Assembly (NCBI GenBank): GCA_964343575.1
Contig: CAYFJV010000001.1
Coordinates: 200,705 to 224,704, forward strand
Length of the DNA stretch: 24,000 bases
DNA from: an uncultured Methanosarcinales archaeon
Lineage (GTDB): Archaea > Nanobdellota > Nanobdellia > Woesearchaeales > GW2011-AR9
Direction of reading: 5' to 3'
Below, piece after piece: positions 20,782 through 24,000 of this stretch. Numbering within the stretch: the first letter of the stretch is position 1; the number at the start of each line of letters is the position of its first letter. Both the position numbers and the translations under genes were made by a program. Below the pieces are notes generated by a model. It was not told where the DNA came from. It did not search any database and saw only the letters and a list, made by a program, of their open reading frames with translations.

Positions 20782-21855
20782 ATGCCGGTTGCACTTATTG
20801 ATAAACAAATCCACAAACTTCTAGAGAGAGAAGTAATCACTGGAGTGAATGAAGTTTCTTTCAAAGATTGTGTTGAACCTGCAAGTATTGATCTTCCCGT
20901 TGGCGCAGTTGCCTACGCAGTAAAAGAAAAAGTGCTTCCCTACCAAAAGAAAGTAGAAGAAGTGCTTAGAAACATTATGATTGAGAAGATAAATCTCAAA
21001 GGAGGAGCGCTTCTTTACAAAGGGCAAACTTATCTTATTCCTGTTGCAAAATTGAACCTTCCAGAACACCACAGCGGCATTATCTCTCCAAAAAGTTCTT
21101 CGGGAAGAATTGATCTGATGCTTCGCTCTTTATTTGATAACTGTGGACTTTATGATACCGTCCCTGGTGGTGGAAAAGGAGTCTTATGGTTAGAGCTCAC
21201 ACCACAATCTTTTAACATTCGTATCAAAGCAGGCGAGCGAGTAAGTCAGTTGCGCCTTTTTCGTGATGATCTTCGTACTGATATAGATCTCTCCTCGGAA
21301 AAACTTCTCTTTGATGAGAAAAGCAATGTACTTGAAAATGAGTTTCACCAAGGAGATTTAGTATTAAAGTTAAATTGTAAAAAAGAAAGCTTAGTGGGTT
21401 ATGAAGCAATTGCAACTAATGAGCCTATTGACATGTCCTCTCGAGGAAAGCTCTTTGTTGAGCGTTACTTTAAGCCAGTCTATAGTGATAAAGATGGGAA
21501 GGTAACTTTAGAAGCAGGAAAGTTCTACATCTTTGCTACTAAAGAGAAAGTTTCTGTACCTACCCCTTGGTGCGCTGAAATGCTTCCTTTTTCTCACCTC
21601 GTTGGAGAGCTGCGCGCTCATTACGCTGGCTTTTTTGATCCAGGCTTTGGTTATGGAAAGAAAGGAGAGATAAAAGGAGCAAAAGGAGTTCTTGAAATTC
21701 GTCCCCATGAAACGATCTCTGTTTTTGATGGGCAACCTATTTGCTTAATGCGTTTTTTTAGAAACATTGAAGTGCCCACTGTTGCCTATGGACATGCTGG
21801 CAGTAATTATCAAGGACAAGGGTTGAAACTTGCTAAGTTTTTTAGGCAAAGGTAA
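20782..21855 (+). CDS. dcd: long-form 2'-deoxycytidine 5'-triphosphate deaminase (PF06559 DCD-type, duplicated dUTPase-like fold)
   Basis: 357 aa. ISPKSSSGRIDLM (Ser-rich nucleotide loop of the dCTP deaminase/dUTPase superfamily), GVLEIRPHE, and the C-terminal AGSNYQGQGLKLAKFF tail that I recall from long DCD proteins. Confidence 0.8.
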   Translation: MPVALIDKQIHKLLEREVITGVNEVSFKDCVEPASIDLPVGAVAYAVKEKVLPYQKKVEEVLRNIMIEKINLKGGALLYKGQTYLIPVAKLNLPEHHSGIISPKSSSGRIDLMLRSLFDNCGLYDTVPGGGKGVLWLELTPQSFNIRIKAGERVSQLRLFRDDLRTDIDLSSEKLLFDEKSNVLENEFHQGDLVLKLNCKKESLVGYEAIATNEPIDMSSRGKLFVERYFKPVYSDKDGKVTLEAGKFYIFATKEKVSVPTPWCAEMLPFSHLVGELRAHYAGFFDPGFGYGKKGEIKGAKGVLEIRPHETISVFDGQPICLMRFFRNIEVPTVAYGHAGSNYQGQGLKLAKFFRQR

Positions 21856-21937
21856 AAAACAAAAGAGAATATACCCTCTTTTTCAGTTAAATTGCAAATG
21901 CCAAGAGTTTAAATTCTTAGGTTCTTACTCTTAGTGT

Positions 21938-22060
21938 ATGAAGAAAACCAATCAAAGCTTAAAAAAGGACTTGGAAGAACAAAATGAATTTCTTGAATCC
22001 TTGCTACGTTCTTTTAATGATATCAAAGAAGGAAGAGTGAAGAAGTTTAAGCTTCCCTAG
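21938..22060 (+). CDS. possible 40-aa orphan antitoxin-like mini-protein
   Basis: MKKTNQSLKKDLEEQNEFLESLLRSFNDIKEGRVKKFKLP. GAGTTTAAATTC box centred 27 nt upstream of the ATG. The ...DIKEGRVKKF segment echoes the ...EDVKAGRVYTHEEV tail of the RelB-like protein at 9546. Below the ORF-track size cutoff. Confidence 0.3.
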   Translation: MKKTNQSLKKDLEEQNEFLESLLRSFNDIKEGRVKKFKLP

Positions 22061-22144
22061 AGTTATCTCACTTCTAGATCTTCTTGAAAAAAGAGAAAGG
22101 AATTGTCCAAAACAAAAAAATTATAGAAAATAAGGTAATAACTG

Positions 22145-22606
22145 TCATTCGCAAGTTAACTCTTGAAATATTTCTAGATCACTGTAAGGGATCATGCCAT
22201 TGTAAGGACCCATAGAGGTGATTGGCCCACAAGCCTGCTGATAGTTAAACTGGTAAATCTTTCCTTCCTCAAGTCCAAGGTCTACACTTGTTGGGTTATA
22301 CACTCTAAAGACGCTTTCTTCGTTTACTCCCTGAAAAGTAAGGGTGTAAATATACTCAGATTCTGGACCATAAGGTCTTTCTGGTGGATACTCATAGAAT
22401 TCCTCATCTATCTTGCTTAAGGAAGCAGCAACTGAAAAATCGGAAAAACACATATCATTGTTAACAGCATAATCAAATTCTTCTAAGAGCTCCTGACAAT
22501 CTCCCAAGAGATCTTCTTCTAAATTTCCTTGGTCCATAGTACAAGAGCTGAAAAGGAGCAAGAAAATACCTAAAATGCTGATGTACTTAAGGTTTTTTTT
22601 ATTCAT
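22145..22606 (-). CDS. small acidic lipoprotein-like secreted protein
   Basis: 153 aa. Signal ISILGIFLLLFSSC is lipobox-like, with four further Cys. Lies downstream of uvrB on the same strand. Confidence 0.6.
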   Translation of the reverse strand: MNKKNLKYISILGIFLLLFSSCTMDQGNLEEDLLGDCQELLEEFDYAVNNDMCFSDFSVAASLSKIDEEFYEYPPERPYGPESEYIYTLTFQGVNEESVFRVYNPTSVDLGLEEGKIYQFNYQQACGPITSMGPYNGMIPYSDLEIFQELTCE

Positions 22607-22656
22607 AAGCTTTTCTCAAAAAGGAACGAGTTAAATATTTTTTGGTGAACATTAGA

Positions 22657-24000
22657 TCACTTCTTCTCTTTTTCCGCCAATTCATCTTGCAGCGCAGCTA
22701 GATACTCACGCATCTCAATTGCTTTTTCAAAGTCCAACATATCAGCAGCAGCACGCATCTCTGCTTCCACTTCTGCAATCTTTTTGTGTAAGTCCTCTAA
22801 TGGAAGGTGTTTCGTCCCCTTAATCTCTCTTTTCTTCTCTGCAATTGATTTGATAATCGTTCTTGGAGTAATATTGTGCTTTTTATTGAAAGCTATCTGC
22901 ATCTTTCTTCGAGCTTTCGTCGTCTTTACTGCATTAAAGATGGACTCGGTCATTTTATCAGCATACAAAATTACTCTTCCTTTCGCATTTCGTGCTGCTC
23001 TTCCAATGGTTTGTATCAAGGATCTTTCGTTACGTAAGAAACCTTCTTTATCTGCATCAAGAATTGCTACAAGACTTACCTCGGGGATATCTAATCCTTC
23101 TCGTAGGAGGTTGATTCCTACCAAGACATCATATTCTCCTGCACGCAGGGCTCTGATGAGTTCAATCCTATCAAGCGTGTCCACGTCAGAGTGCATGTAT
23201 CTTACTTTTATGTCCTTTTTTGCCAGGTGATTAGTTAATTCTTCTGCCATGCGTTTGGTAAGCGTGGTGACTAGCGTTCGCTCTCCTTTGGCTGTTGTCT
23301 TTTTTACCTCTTTAATTAAGTCAAGTACTTGTCCTTCAATTGGTCGAATTTCTACTTCTGGATCAAGAAGTCCTGTTGGTCGAATGACAAGCTCAACAAT
23401 TTGTCCGCTGTGTTGTTTTTCATAGTCAGCTGGCGTTGCTGAAACAAAAACAGCATGCTTAAAGTATTTTTCAAACTCTTCAAATTTGAGAGGACGGTTA
23501 TCAAAAGCGCTGGGGAGACGGAAGCCAAAATCAATAAGATTCTTTTTTCTGCTAAAATCTCCTTTATACATTGCTCGTGATTGTGGTAAGGATTGGTGAG
23601 ACTCATCAATAACTAGAAGGAATTCTTCTGGGAAATAATCAAGAAGACAAAAAGGAGCTTGTCCTTCTTTTCTATTATCAAAATAGCGTGAATAATTTTC
23701 GATACCAGTGCAATAGCCCATCTCTTCAAGCATTTCAAGATCATACTTGACACGTTTTTTGAGACGTTCTGCTTCAAACATCTCAAGTTGTGGAACTCTT
23801 TCTTCTAGCTCTTCAAGGATTGCATCTTTTACCTTTTGTATCTTTTCCTCGGGGACTACGAATTGTTTTGCTGCGAAAAGTTTGATGTGATCAATATTCT
23901 GGTTTGTTGTAGCGCCCGTTACAGGATGCACTTCTGCAATTCTTTCAATCTCATCGCCAAAGAATTCTACCCTTATGACATTTTTTTCGTAAGCAAGATA
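22657..24000 (-). CDS. uvrB: excinuclease ABC subunit B, C-terminal ~447 codons; 5' end lies outside the window
   Basis: The frame stays open to nt 24000 (...YLAYEKNVIRVEFFGDEIERIAEVHPVTG), so the GTG at 23931 is internal. Helicase C-terminal motifs are present (LVTTLTKRMAEEL, DVLVGINLLREGLDIPEVSLVAILDADKEGFLR, QTIGRAARN), as is the C-terminal UVR domain (DFEKAIEMREYLAALQDEL). Confidence 0.95.
   Translation of the reverse strand, partial: YLAYEKNVIRVEFFGDEIERIAEVHPVTGATTNQNIDHIKLFAAKQFVVPEEKIQKVKDAILEELEERVPQLEMFEAERLKKRVKYDLEMLEEMGYCTGIENYSRYFDNRKEGQAPFCLLDYFPEEFLLVIDESHQSLPQSRAMYKGDFSRKKNLIDFGFRLPSAFDNRPLKFEEFEKYFKHAVFVSATPADYEKQHSGQIVELVIRPTGLLDPEVEIRPIEGQVLDLIKEVKKTTAKGERTLVTTLTKRMAEELTNHLAKKDIKVRYMHSDVDTLDRIELIRALRAGEYDVLVGINLLREGLDIPEVSLVAILDADKEGFLRNERSLIQTIGRAARNAKGRVILYADKMTESIFNAVKTTKARRKMQIAFNKKHNITPRTIIKSIAEKKREIKGTKHLPLEDLHKKIAEVEAEMRAAADMLDFEKAIEMREYLAALQDELAEKEKK

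Noticed and set aside
20782-21855. dCTP deaminase as a nucleotide-depletion anti-phage defence gene
   Set aside because: As I recall, the described defensive dCTP deaminases carry an extra N-terminal kinase-like domain and sit in defence islands. This one is the long duplicated DCD type and is paired with thyX-like and tmk-like genes, which fits biosynthesis better.
17171-21855. The J-domain, Tmk-like, ThyX-like and Dcd genes as a degraded provirus or viral auxiliary-gene island
   Set aside because: Such genes are common in large viruses and the products are Arg-rich. However, there are no capsid, terminase, integrase or att-like repeats, and the GC shift is modest (single-line counts of roughly 42-47% against ~38% in copA). 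Kept only as a remote possibility.
1-24000. CRISPR arrays, rRNA genes, IS elements/transposases and large direct repeats
   Set aside because: Reading both strands, I saw no periodic repeat-spacer structure, no rRNA-like conserved blocks and no transposase or integrase motifs. The only repeated units are protein-level paralogies (HMA domains x3, DUF218 x2, coiled-coil tails x2, secreted module x2).

Overview
AT-rich, gene-dense (about 90% coding) chromosomal segment that looks archaeal and DPANN-like. That lineage call is inference from four things: intron-containing tRNA genes, BRE/TATA-like AGCTTTTTATA boxes about 27 nt upstream of apparently leaderless ATGs, a class-III-signal pilin next to an A24 GGAD-type prepilin peptidase, and a DUF1931 histone-fold ORF. 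No BLAST, HMM or folding tool was available, so every family call rests on motifs read by eye. Left to right: a partial alpha/beta hydrolase; a YkgJ-type Cys-cluster protein; two convergent DUF218/YdcF paralogues with very different GC content; a pilin / prepilin peptidase / small membrane protein cluster; two adjacent coiled-coil proteins sharing Pro-rich motifs and a basic C-terminal tail; DUF1931; HIT; a large MopE-repeat surface protein; a tRNA(CAU) with two or three introns; a RelB-RelE pair with a tightly coupled zinc-ribbon ORF; two tandem secreted paralogues; an intron-containing tRNA-Ser(GGA); an M23-like lipoprotein; a copper island (membrane wHTH, CopZ-like, HMA-permease-cupredoxin fusion, CopA, ArsR); an orphan ORF plus a C-terminal J-domain protein; a dCTP-to-dTDP module made of atypical enzymes (Tmk-like with a GKG P-loop, 559-aa tandem ThyX-like, 357-aa long-form Dcd); a small lipoprotein; and partial UvrB. 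I saw no rRNA, CRISPR array, transposase or integrase. The best candidates for something undescribed are the coiled-coil pair (5082-6841), the atypical thymidylate module (18201-21855), the orphan/J-domain pair (17171-18187) and the three-gene RelBE/zinc-ribbon cassette. None of these can be confirmed from sequence alone.
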